A stretch of 63,921 nt of DNA, counting the filler, from Octopus bimaculoides (lineage: Eukaryota), in NCBI RefSeq assembly GCF_001194135.2. It is 5 parts of 4 records of this genome, joined end to end, with 100 filler letters (N's around TTAATTAATTAA, not from the genome) between each part and the next. Parts side by side here need not be neighbours in the genome. Positions count along the whole stretch, not along the records: positions 24,444 to 49,516 come from NC_068982.1; 4 more parts are not named here. One strand, 5' to 3'. The number at the start of each line of letters is the position of its first letter. Position 1 is the first letter of the stretch. This document shows, piece by piece, positions 36,935 to 48,259 of the stretch. The notes beneath the pieces were generated by a model that ran no database searches, was not told the DNA's origin, and saw nothing but the letters and a program-made list of their open reading frames with translations. The position numbers were made by a program, and so were the translations under genes.

Positions 36935-38512
36935 GATTTCTTTATTACCCATAAAGGGCTATACAAAGAATTTTAAGACATCACAAAACATAAAGACAGT
37001 ACAAAACGCAAACATAAAATCGGGGTAATTAAAATAAAATGATAATATGCAAGAATGAAAAAAATGAGGCGCAATGTCCTCTCGATCCCCGAAGTCGGGT
37101 GGTTACATTTATCCAGTTTTTCACTTTTATGTTCAACGTCATGTAAACATTTTAACGGTTTTGCAACTCAAAAAATTGAAATACTCGCGTTACTTTTCTT
37201 CCATTAATCATTGTTACGTCCGTTTCGTTATTATATTTTCACCAAGTTCTTTTATGTACTCCCAGTAGTTTTCCTCGTGTATCAAAATGCATTTCTCAGC
37301 ACATTTCTCTAGCATTTTCACTCTTATTATTTCCTCCAACCTCTCGACTTTTCTCTCAATCTGCTCGCAATTCTTGTACTTTATCAAAACCCCCTTGTAT
37401 TTCACATCTTTATCCGTTCTCTCCTCCTCTTCTTGTACATTATTAGTTTCTGGCTTTTCTATCTCTTTTTTGTTTTCTGTTGACGGTTCCTTTGACTTAT
37501 TTTTCCTTCGCTTTTTAGGGTTAGTAGCTCCATTTTCGTTCTTCTCCCTTGTTTTCTCTGTTTTACACTTCTGTCTCTCTTTCATTTCCTCAGTGTGGTC
37601 TACAATGTTTTCCTCCTCTGCTTGTGCTTTCTCTTGCTGTGGCTGTGTGAACTCATATAGGGGGCATTTCGTCTTCATATGACCTCCTTCCCCGCATATG
37701 TAGCAATTTGGTTTCCTTCCTTCCACTACAATATTTAATGTTCTCTCATCCTCCACTTCTATCTGGTAGGGAATTCTTTTTATGTCCGCGAATGTGGCAA
37801 AAAGCCACATTTCGAGTCCAAATGTGCACACTTTTGATTTCGCTACTGGTCCCAATTCCGGCTCCTCCTTGGTTGCAGCCAGCACTGTTGCAGCCAATCA
37901 CTCTGGTTTAATTTCTTGTGTAACTCTGGGAATACATATTTTCCCACTTCTTCTTCCTCTATAACTTGGTAGTAATGCTATTTTTCACTTCTTACAATGT
38001 TGGTTGCATGCTTGGTTGCCTCTTCTATAGTGGCGAACCTCACCTCAACCGTACCGAACTTTCTTCCTCTGTTGATGTACGTGGCTTCATTGACAATTTC
38101 ACCCAGGCACTCCTCGATTTCCTCTTCCGTCACCGTTTCAATTTTATAGGTTTCGACAGCCTGTGTACGATACACTGCTGTCCTCAGAATCTTATTTTCG
38201 TTAGTCTCTTTTGGGGGGCACATTTTGTATGAGTCTCCCTCAACTTCTATCAAATTCCTGCTTCTGGTCACCTCCTCCATATCCAACTTGATTAACTTGG
38301 TTTCTAGCGGCACTGGCTTCCTCAGCGCAGTGGCCTTGGCGTAGCTCTCCATACTGGAGACACTACCACTTGCCATAGCTGGGGGAAAATGCAGCAGCTC
38401 GCGTGAAACGTAACCGTAATAATTCCACAAAAATCACAATTATTTACAGAGACAACTTACAGTAATTCACACAGTTTTAACAACAGTATTCACAATAATT
38501 CACAGAGCCGTT
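36935..38512 (-). mobile_element. ORF1-only Tx1/L1-like non-LTR element (1578 bp)
   Basis: Short 5' UTR with TGTGAATTA repeats, gag-like ORF1, U-rich 3' UTR ending CCCTTTATGGGTAATAAAGAAATC. No recognisable endonuclease or RT domain. Flanked by ATGCC/ATACC. Confidence 0.75.
37214..38376 (-). pseudogene. Retrotransposon ORF1 (RRM-like region plus CCHC zinc knuckle), disabled
   Basis: MASGSVSS...GRKFGTVEVRFATIEEA (RRM-like), frameshift near 37982 into IALLPSYRGRRSGKICIPRV, TGA at 37898-37900, then ...CYICGEGGHMKTKC (C-x2-C-x4-H-x4-C, about 37664-37705) and a K/E-rich tail. Confidence 0.75.
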
Positions 38513-38596
38513 ATACCGCGAAGCAGTTCGACTGGCACGCTAACGTTTCTGCCTGCTCGCCACCTTGATATAGTATAATAATATAATTTAACATAC

Positions 38597-38810
38597 TTTT
38601 CTAATCTCGGCACAAGGGCCGACATTTTGGGGGAGGGGGGCCAGTCGATTAGATCGACCTCAGTAGGCACCTGGTACTTAATTTATCAACCTCGAAAGGA
38701 TGAAAGGCAAAGTCGACCTCGGCGGAATTTGAACTCAGAACGTAACGGCAGATGAAATACCGCTAAGCATTTCGCCCGGCGTGCTAACGTTTCTGCCAGC
38801 TCGCCGCCTT
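38597..38810 (-). mobile_element. SINE family A, intact young-looking copy
   Basis: Reverse complement reads AAGGCGGCGAGCTGGCAGAAACGTTAG (A-box-like) ... TTCTGAGTTCAAATTCC (B-box-like) ... GGCCCTTGTGCCGAGATTAGAAAAG. Confidence 0.9.
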
Positions 38811-39444
38811 AGTCTATAATATGATCTAATAAATGTGAATGTCAGTGTGTCACATTATTTTCAAATTTACTCCTATAGGCCGTAGCCCAACAAATCATAC
38901 CATTTTGGAATCANNNNNNNNNNNNNNNNNNNNNNNNNNNNNNNNNNNNNNNNNNNNNNNNNNNNNNNNNNNNNNNNNNNNNNNNNNNNNNNNNNNNNNN
39001 NNNNNNNNNNNNNNNNNNNNNNNNNNNNNNNNNNNNNNNNNNNNNNNNNNNNNNNNNNNNNNNNNNNNNNNNNNNNNNNNNNNNNNNNNNNNNNNNNNNN
39101 NNNNNNNNNNNNNNNNNNNNNNNNNNNNNNNNNNNNNNNNNNNNNNNNNNNNNNNNNNNNNNNNNNNNNNNNNNNNNNNNNNNNNNNNNNNNNNNNNNNN
39201 NNNNNNNNNNNNNNNNNNNNNNNNNNNNNNNNNNNNNNNNNNNNNNNNNNNNNNNNNNNNNNNNNNNNNNNNNNNNNNNNNNNNNNNNNNNNNNNNNNNN
39301 NNNNNNNNNNNNNNNNNNNNNNNNNNNNNNNNNNNNNNNNNNNNNNNNNNNNNNNNNNNNNNNNNNNNNNNNNNNNNNNNNNNNNNNNNNNNNNNNNNNN
39401 NNNNNNNNNNNNNNNNNNNNNNATATATATATATATATATATAT

Positions 39445-39675
39445 ACGACGGGCTTCTTTCAGTTTCCGTCAACCAAATCCACTCACACACACACACATAT
39501 ATAAATGTATATATACGTCGGGCTTCTTTCAATTTCCGTCTACCAAATCCACTCACAAGGTTTTGGTTGGTCTGAGACTATAGTAGAAGACACTTGCCGA
39601 AGGTGCCACGCAGTGGGATTGAACCTGGAACCGTGTGGTTGGTAAATAACCAACTTACCACACAGCCGCACCTCC
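39445..39675 (-). mobile_element. SINE family B head with local duplication of the pre-microsatellite block
   Basis: CGGGCTTCTTTCA(G/A)TTTCCGTC.ACCAAATCCACTCAC occurs twice, followed by the reverse complement of the head. Confidence 0.85.
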
Positions 39676-40818
39676 GTCTATAGCCAGTCCTGCCGAAATG
39701 CATTCTTGAAAAAGCTACGTTCTTTGCCTTCTTTGTTACTTTAGTGATTGCAGCCAGTTAACTGCTGTCATATTGAGGCAAACCATTATAAGTATACAAA
39801 TATAGATGTGCTTAATTAGCCAACTAATAAACTAAAATTTATAATTAGCGAAGTAATTTAAACATTTTTAGTAAGTATAAGTGTTATCATAACTTGTAAA
39901 TGAAGAGTTCTTTTAGGTTTATAAATGTGGAAATGAAAATAATTGAAAACTAAACATGTAATAAAAATATAAATAATGAAATAGAATAAAATAAAATAAA
40001 GAAAAAATTAAATTAAAACCAATATATTTAAATTAGAAAAATAATTTGTGTTGCGTTTGTCCGAATGTGTGTGCGTGTGTGTTTGTGTATGTCTGACAAA
40101 TGCAACCATTTTTGTCTGATTTATATAATGTAGATGTGTATATCTGTTTTGTGTGTGTGTACGGGTTTATGAGAATGTGGATTTTTTGTACACACACATA
40201 CACTCACACACACACAAATGTATATATATATANNNNNNNNNNNNNNNNNNNNNNNNNNNNNNNNNNNNNNNNNNNNNNNNNNNNNNNNNNNNNNNNNNNN
40301 NNNNNNNNNNNNNNNNNNNNNNNNNNNNNNNNNNNNNNNNNNNNNNNNNNNNNNNNNNNNNNNNNNNNNNNNNNNNNNNNNNNNNNNNNNNNNNNNNNNN
40401 NNNNNNNNNNNNNNNNNNNNNNNNNNNNNNNNNNNNNNNNNNNNNNNNNNNNNNNNNNNNNNNNNNNNNNNNNNNNNNNNNNNNNNNNNNNNNNATATGA
40501 TGGGAATAATGAGAGACAGTTATATAAACATTTTAGAAAGCTTGTTAATTATAACTTCTGGCTAAATTAATTAATGGTGTAGGAGTTTGAAGATTTTATT
40601 TTTCAAAAAATAACATGTCTATATAGAATGCTTTTATTCCCAAAAATGTAGTAAAAATGAATTGTGTTATTGCTTTCGAAGGTACGGTGTATTTGTGGTT
40701 TAACCCCAGACTGGCTCTGACCCAGCCGATGTAGGAGCAAACACGGTTTTTTTTTAAAGTTGATGTTGTTGAATTCCTCTGCGGTTTAGATATGACAACA
40801 CTTTAATTCTTTCTTGTA

Positions 40819-41150
40819 TACGAGGTGGTATCAAAAAGTTCCCAAGCTAGTTATGTTTCATAAAAAAAATAACTTATTTGCCTAAGTTTTAAAATAATCT
40901 CCTTTGAAATAGTCACCTTGCGCATCAATACACCGGACCCAGCGTTCCTTCCACATTTTGAATCTGGCCTGGAAGTAGTTTCCCGTAAGCGAGTCGAGGA
41001 CCTTCAGTGATTCGTTCTTGATCTCGACAACGGTGTGAGCTGCATTTTCATTTTGCGGATGAGATGAAAGTCCACAAGTGCTACATCTAGCGAATAAGGC
41101 GGGTGCGGAAGCGATACCATGTTGTTTTTGGCGTGAAACTCACGAGTGAG
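40819..41150 (-). mobile_element. Mariner (Tc1/mariner) 3' fragment with TIR
   Basis: TA-CGAGGTGGTATCAAAAAGTTCCC terminus at 40819. Minus-strand translation gives LTREFHAKNNMVSLPHPPYSLDVALVDFHL...VEIKNESLKVL...FQARFKMWKERWVRCIDAQGDYFKGD (mariner HPPYSPDLAPxD and C-terminal GxYFE motifs). Confidence 0.85.
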
Positions 41151-41179
41151 TAATTGTATCTTAACTTATGATTTCAAAT

Positions 41180-41381
41180 TTTGTCACTAAGCCGGCAATT
41201 TCGTAGGGAAAGTGTAAGTCGATTACATTTAACCCCAAACTTAGCTGGTACTTATTTTCTCGACCTCGAAAGGATGAAAAGCAAAGTCAAAATCGGCGGA
41301 ATTTGAACTCAGAACGTAAAGACGGACGAAATGCGTTAACCCTTTTGTCCGGTGCGGTAACGATTTTACCAGCTTGCCGCC
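41180..41381 (-). mobile_element. SINE family A
   Basis: CGACCTCGAAAGGATGAAAAGCAAAGTC...GGCGGAATTTGAACTCAGAACGTAAAGACGGACGAAAT...CCAGCTTGCCGCC. Confidence 0.85.
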
Positions 41382-42314
41382 GTCGTGCCTATATTGCTCA
41401 TGAGATGTTAACATATCCAGGTTTACTTTGAAAGTGCTTTGTCTTGAGGTCTTCAAGGTGAAGCTTGACGCAACGTGCTGTTGTGCAGGGGCAGGCAACG
41501 CTTCAAGGAGTTCTCTCTGTAAACCCAATATAGCTTGTTTTCTTACCGTAGAGGCATCAGCACAATAAAAGTATGAACTAATTTTCACTTGCCGACAGCG
41601 GAATAAATTCATCTGCGGAAAATTTAAAAAAAAATACGCTCACCTCCCTAATGCATGGCAGTAAACAAGTAACAATTACACTATTAAAAATGCCTTGAGT
41701 GATCTTATTATTTTCAAACCCGCTGATGCGCTCAGTCAGTTGACCGAACGAAAGCGGGATCTCGGATAGGTAAGTCTTGTCTGTCACGCATTAATTGTGT
41801 GTGTGTATGTGTATATGTGTGTATATATGTATGTCATTATTCAGTTTTATTTCAAGATTTCTTGCCAATAGAGAAAGAGCCGGTTTCTAACCTTGATCCA
41901 AAGCTTCTTCATTGAAATTTCACCATCAACAATAGGGTATTTTGCATGTATGTATGTATTATGTATGTATTATGTATGTATGCATGTATGCATGTATGTA
42001 TGTATGTATGTATACGTGCAGATTTATATGTTTTGTTTTATGTAGGTCATATCAAGGATATACTTGCATATCTAGACATGCTCATATATACATATATACT
42101 TAAATGTATGTATGTATACTGTATGTATGTATGTATGTATGTATGTATGTATGTATGCATGTATGTATGCATGTATGTATGCATGGATCGATCGATCGAT
42201 GTATGTTTCCAGTCTGAATTGTTATACTTCGAAGCAGCTTGAACCATTATTATAAAATACTTTGAGAAATTCAACAATTCTTCATCTATACTAACTGGTT
42301 GTTACAGCAATGTT

Positions 42315-42436
42315 GTGGGCCTTGAGTACCTAGTGGGCCTTGAGTACCTAGTGGGCCTTGAGTACCTAGTGGGCCTTGAGTACCTAGTGGGCTTTGAGTA
42401 CCTAGTGGGCCTTGAGTACCTAGTGGGCCTTGAGTA
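42315..42436. repeat. 18-bp minisatellite (GTGGGCCTTGAGTACCTA), 6 full units plus 14 nt
   Basis: Units start at 42315, 42333, 42351, 42369, 42387 (one mismatch), 42405 and 42423 (partial). Confidence 0.97.
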
Positions 42437-42574
42437 GCGCAGGGGTGGTAGTCCGCTTTTATGGGGCAAGCACATTTGGGTTTGCTGTATAAGCCCATAT
42501 ATGCTTGGTACTCCGAGTGGGATCGCAAACTCGAGGGTTGCCCCAGTCGGCACGCAGTCTAACTACTACGCTAC
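42315..42574 (-). mobile_element. Candidate tRNA-derived SINE of a separate family with an 18-mer tandem tail
   Basis: Minus strand starts GTAGCGTAGTAGTTAGACTG (A-box-like) ... GAGTTTGCGATCCCACTCGGAGTACCA (B-box-like, ends ACCA), then a unique body running into the 18-mer array. Confidence 0.55.
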
Positions 42575-43301
42575 TGATCGATAGATTGACTTGGCAGACT
42601 CTGTGAAATGTGTGTCTGTGTTCCGTAAATATATGCGCCTTTATCTAATTGGTGAACATATACGCGGTGATTTTATGATAATCCTGAATTAAATTTCTAA
42701 GTCATGACACTGTGGGGAGGTAGACGCCAAATCAGACACAGGTAGGTTGAGATATATGTATGCTTACATGTTTCATATATCAAGTATTTGCGTAAGAAAA
42801 ATTGTAGCACAACAATTTTATCTGTTGGCCTGACCTTTCTTTTTACTTCAAAGCATGTTGATTTTGTTGTAACTACAAACGCAAGAACAGGCATATATTC
42901 ATTCAAAAGAACAATAAGTTCTATAGTAAAGAACGAGGACAAACATCCTGATTGTATATTTTTCAGGTCATTGCCTTTTTCGTCATCAACCTGTAGTGTA
43001 ACGTAATATAATATCGCTATTCTCCTAATAATAAGATAGTTGTTTTGTTGCGTATCTCAAATAGTGTCATGAAAGCCAATACCTATATGTTTGCTATCTC
43101 TGCTATTTCTTCTTCATCTTTGACAAGACCTTTAATTTCACACAAAAACATGTCTTAACCTTACCTTTTGGTTGTATTCTGTTTGTTATTCTATTTATTT
43201 ATTTTGCTACAATTTGTTGCAACATTTCTACTGTCGTGCTTTTAAATAAAACTTTGTTGAGAAAATAATATAAATCCCGAGGTATCAGCTTGCATATGGG
43301 T

Positions 43302-43352
43302 GCTTACCTGTAAGTGATAAAAGAAATAAAACTCTTGTGAGCATTAGTCAGT
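43302..43352 (-). promoter_or_regulatory. Candidate recursive splice site (adjacent 3'/5' splice signals) or 26-nt micro-exon
   Basis: Minus strand: ACTGACTAAT (branch-point-like) ... GTTTTATTTCTTTTATCACTTACAG|GTAAGC. Confidence 0.3.
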
Positions 43353-45232
43353 AAAAGATGTTTTGATTCAAAGATATTTGTGTTGCTTTGTTGTTGTTCT
43401 CGTTACCGTCATCGTTGTTGTTGTTGTGGTTGTTGTTTTTAGTGTAGAAGGCGCAGTTAATCGCCAGCCGATTTTCTTTTTCTTTTATCTGTTTAAGTTC
43501 ACTTCAGCAACTATTGCATAAACGATTCCATTGTATAGTTTAAAGAATGCTTGTGTGTATAATTAAAAGCATTGTCAAAGATAAAGAATGAACACAAATA
43601 ACAAATGCATGCGTATTGGCTTTCATGACAATATTTTAGTTATGCAATAAAATAACAGCCTTATTAAATAACGACTATTATATTACAAGTAGATTGCATG
43701 TGATGAACTTCAGACGTAATCTCCTGCAAAGCCTTAGCCGCGATAGGGTTTCAATCTCAGATTAAACCCATTTCGTTTCACTTATGCAGCTAATGCGCTG
43801 AAAAATGTTTGAATGTCGCAGTCTTCAATTTTCTTCTCTGTATTCTTAAAAAATTTGTGCATTGAGCAAACAACTTCCGATACAGGCAACTTCAAGTTAT
43901 TAAGCTTTTGTCGTGACGGTTGATCAAATTGAAATATATATGTTCTGCCCAAAAGATGCCACTGTCCCCAGTACTAAACGAATGTCTGCATGCTTGCGAT
44001 GAGGTTGTATATAATGCAATTCTGCAGCAGAACTGATGACTTTTAATTGAGAGGTTACAGAGATGGTAACTAAAATCGCTTTGTATTGAAAGAGTATGAC
44101 TATAGAGATTTGGTTCTGTACAATTAGCTGTACAATTCCTATTTAAAGATCACCTATTGATAAGAAATGAGATGTAAATTTGGTAGACTCGATCAAGTTG
44201 GTCTGGTGAAGTAATAACCAGTTAACATAACAGAAGAATTGTTAATTTAATTGTTATGTTTATAATAGCGGTTCGAGCTGTCTCGAAGAATAACAATTCA
44301 CACTGGTAACAAGTACATACATACATACATACATACATGCATGCATACATGCATACATACATACATACATGCATGCATACATACATACATACATACATAC
44401 ATACATACATACATAAATGCATACATACACACATATATGCATACATACAATTGCCCATAAGAAAATACTGGTGCACTTCTCTTTGCCTTCTTCCATTGTG
44501 ACTACGCTATCAAAATTGAAAATGCGTTGGAAGAATGAAGTATATAATATACGCTTTAAACAATCTAATCTGTCGAATTTGGAGACATAATTTATGTATT
44601 AATCTACCTACGGGGTACCTTCTGATATTACTTTGACAATTCCTCATTTCTCTGTAGAACATATCAGAGAAACGCGCATATTTTTGGACTTGAATTTATA
44701 GTGTCAGTGAACGGAGTAGCAACCCCATTGTGTTGTTGATTTTAAAAATCTGTAATAATGATCCTCCAGTTAATTTTAAATATTTTTTCTATCAGCACTG
44801 CTCAGAAAACAGTTTGATCACTGAGATTATAAACGAAGCCAATGTCTTGTTCAATTTCAGCGGTTCAGATACTTCTGACAGACGTGGCACATCAAATCGA
44901 AACACCGGTGACTCAGAATCCCATTTGCCAATGAACCGAGTGTGTGATGAACAAATTGCCCTCGTAAAAGGAGACGTTCTCCTGTAACGCGACTAGTATA
45001 TTTTGCGCTCAAATCTGCTTGAATGTATTAAGAATAGACCTGCACATCAACGTTTCTGATTTCGTTGCTCACAGAGCAAATTACGATTTTTTATTTATTT
45101 CTATCAATTGTATTCAGAATAACACAGGTATTACAAATATTCTGTATATATTAAACTATGATTTTATTAGACTAGATTTTGATTCAAGGTTAACTGTTAC
45201 AAGCATAGACAGTAGCAGAATAATATTATAGA

Positions 45233-45286
<54 letters not shown>

Positions 45287-47420
45287 TAACACCTATATTT
45301 CCTACAAGCAAATAGAAAATCAGATGATTTTAACTGTTTTCTGATGTATCAGAAGGCTAACAGATGCTAAAGAGTTATTGAATGATGCCTATGTAAATCT
45401 CTCAGCTAATCATTTTAAATATATTTTTTGACACAATGTCATACTTTAATTTATGATTTATACGACACAGTATTGGCTTCCATAAAAATTGAAAATTTAT
45501 ATTTGTTATTTTTTCACTTCAGAGCAAGACTTTAGAACAAGTAATTTATTCCTCATATCCAAGTCTAAATTGATATAATTACGTCATTAATATATGAAAC
45601 TATTTTTTTTATATTCCGTAAAACGTACAGCTGTAGTTTTTTGTTTTATTTTATTTTTTTTCCTCTATAGAATTATATAGAATATATAAATAAAAGCCAA
45701 AGAAATATATACATACACTCTATGATGTACAGAAAAGAAGACAATAAACCTACTTGTAAAAATGAATATTTTCCCATCCATTTGTATTTAAAAACTGCAA
45801 GATTGCTTTCAAAAGGTTTTTATACGAGGTTATGTCATCAGCAGAACGATTGGTTATTCAATTTTATTTTTAAGAAAAGCATTGTGAAAAATAATGATAA
45901 TAATATATGCAATGTAGATATGGAATGTCTGTAACTGATGTTATATTCTCAAAAATATTTCCATTCAATATGCAAAACACCGAAAGAGTTTAATTTTTCT
46001 CTAGGTAACGTTTTAACTATTTGCACTCACTCGTTCATTTGCACTCACTCATCCATCCATACATTTTGTTCAGTCATTTATATTCTCTCCTTTTTGTCTC
46101 CTCATTGCCCCTCTTATTACTAAACAAAGGAAACTTACGACCTAATTTTAATTAAGATTAAGAGAAAATAATGCTAAAGGTTCTGAAGGGGAGCGTGAAT
46201 TCAATACTTGAAAATACATTAAAATGTCAAACTTCACAAGAAAACTGCATTTATAAATAATATGATGAATGAACAAAAACGAGAAAAAACAGCGAGAGGA
46301 ACAAGTGTAAACAAAGATATTATTAGCATAACGCTTAAGCAGCAAGAGGGTCTCCTTACGTTTTGGACGCTAGACGTTCATCAGAAAAAGAAAGAAAGAA
46401 AGGGGACAGAAAAAGATGAAAATAAATGAATAGATAATTAATTTTTATAATCGTTTGGGGTCGGGCAGGAATGGGGTTCTGTGGGAAGGAATTAGGAAAA
46501 GAAGAAGAGGTGGGGTGTGTATGCATATATAGGAAGTATCTGTGCGGGGAGATGGACAAGAAGAAGATGTGGGAGCAATGTAGTGTGCGAGTGGTTGGTA
46601 GGAGTATGTGAGGTGTGCAGCTCTGGAATAGGAGGGGGCAGAAAGTAAATAGGTGTGAATTTGATAAAGGTGAGAGAAAGACGTGTGGAAAAGAAAATGA
46701 AGGGTAGGAAGAAAACAGTATAGTGAATGATAAAAACATGATAATATAAATTAAATACAGTGTTGGAGGAAAAAGTACATAGTCGATAAATAGTGTGAAA
46801 ATTGTAATAAAAGTGGAGAGGTTGTGAATCAAATCCGAAGGAAAAGCATTGAAGCGTAAAAGAACACGTAAAATAGAAAGGATATTTTTAGAAAAGAGGA
46901 GGTTTATAAAAAAAAAAGATTGTTTAAAAAGTGACTGCATAAAACGTGTTCAGAAAAAGTTTATGCAAGTGGAGAGAAGTCCGGTGGGGAAGGTCAAATT
47001 TAGAATAACACTGGAATCCAATGTTGGCAGAGAGAGGCAAAAGTGGTTTAAAGATCTTCAGTGAACAATGATTGAAAAATAGTGTTGACTGTTGCTGGAT
47101 AAAAAGACAGAATGATGTTCTAATGACAGTGGGATCATATTTCAAGAGGTAACGTTATAACAAAAACATTTTTGCTACATCAGTCTATCAGGCTGTAAAT
47201 CAGCACTATGAGATGTAAAGTCCACCACAGTTATCAGGGAAAGTGGAATGTAATCGGTTAATTCCCTACCCTTCTTTGTAGAAACGTTCGAGAAGCATTC
47301 TTTTGTTGTTTGTATATGAGAAGCAAAATAAAGCTGAGTAAAGACGAGTTTGATAGACTTTGTGAATAAAAAAATTACTTGGAAATTATAAAAAGACGAG
47401 TCATTGTACTTATTCCGCTA

Positions 47421-47607
47421 CACCACTTAACAACCGGTGTTGTGCTTTTTATGTAGCCCGTAACTTAGCGGATCGGCAAAAAGCGGGCAATAAAATAAGT
47501 ACCAAAATTTTAAAAGATAAGTACTATGGTCGATTTGTTTGACTAAACCCTTCGAGGAAGTGTCCTAGCATGGCAACAGTTCAATGAGTAAAACAAGTAG
47601 AACATAA
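47421..47607 (+). mobile_element. SINE family B, 3' half
   Basis: CACTTAACAACCGGTGTTG...CCCGTAACTTAGCGGATCGGCAAA...AGCATGGCAACAGTTCAATGAGTAAAACAAGTAG. Confidence 0.75.
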
Positions 47608-47814
47608 ATATTGAACATGAATGTTCACATCGCTTAAATAAATGGAGTCGCATGAAGCGATCGTACTGCATTAACTTTGAATATCCTTGTTGCTTATTTT
47701 GATTTTAATCACCTTATTTTGGAATTGTATGGATATTACCATAATTCTGGTGCCTAAACTTAAGTACCATATTCACCTTGAATATATATATATATGTGTG
47801 TGTGTGTGTGTATG

Positions 47815-47850
<36 letters not shown>

Positions 47851-47852
47851 GT

Positions 47853-48211
47853 AGAGGCGCAATGGCCCAGTGGTTGGGGCAGCGGAGTGGCGGTCGTAGG
47901 ATCGCGGTTTCGATTCCCTTGTGAGTGTTTATTGAGCGAAAGCACATAAAACTATACGAGGCTCCGGCATGGTGGTGGCGAACCCTGCTGCATTCTTTCA
48001 CGGCAACTCTCTTTCTTCCTGTTTCTGTTGTACCTGTATTTCAAAGGGTCAACCTTGTCACACTCTGTGTCTCGCTGAATCTCCCCGAGAACTACGTTAA
48101 GGGTACACGTGTCTGTGGAGTACTCAGTCGCTTGCACGTTAATTTCACGAGCAGGCTGTTCCATTAATCGGATCAACTGGAATCCTCGTCGTCGTAACCG
48201 ACGGAGTGCCA
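47853..48211 (+). mobile_element. tRNA-derived SINE, family C
   Basis: GAGGCGCAATGGCCCAGTGGTT (A-box) ... GGTTTCGATTCCC (B-box); nearly collinear with 61671-62025. Confidence 0.9.
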
Positions 48212-48213
48212 CG

Positions 48214-48259
<46 letters not shown>

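Larger units (their letters stand above)
36800..38566 (-). mobile_element. Family A SINE split by an insertion (36800-36934 and 38513-38566)
   Basis: ...GCAGACGAAATGCC (ends 36934) continues as ATACC-GCGAAGCAGTTCGACTGGCACGCTAACGTTTCTGCC (from 38513). The intact copy at 38597-38810 reads GCAGATGAAATACCGCTAAGCATTTCGCCCGGCGTGCTAACGTTTCTGCC. Confidence 0.85.

Noticed and set aside
41390-41780. GC-richer segment open on both strands (RELLEALPAPAQQHVASS... on minus) with several GTAAG motifs
   Set aside because: Conflicting strand signals and no recognisable product; left unassigned.
42286-42553. Collagen-like QGPLGT repeat ORF
   Set aside because: Translation of the 18-bp minisatellite tail; the flanks are a SINE-like head and non-coding repeat.
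45350-45934. Possible exon chain RLTDAKELLNDAY / SKTLEQ / 87-codon terminal exon from 45671
   Set aside because: Splice signals are plausible, but the composition (N/K/I/Y/F-rich) mirrors AT-rich non-coding DNA, ORFs of this size are expected by chance, and no homology is recognised.
47853-47920. tRNA-like sequences at SINE heads as tRNA genes; minisatellite or direct repeats as CRISPR arrays
   Set aside because: The heads continue into SINE bodies and lack a complete cloverleaf; the repeats have no unique spacers and the DNA is eukaryotic.
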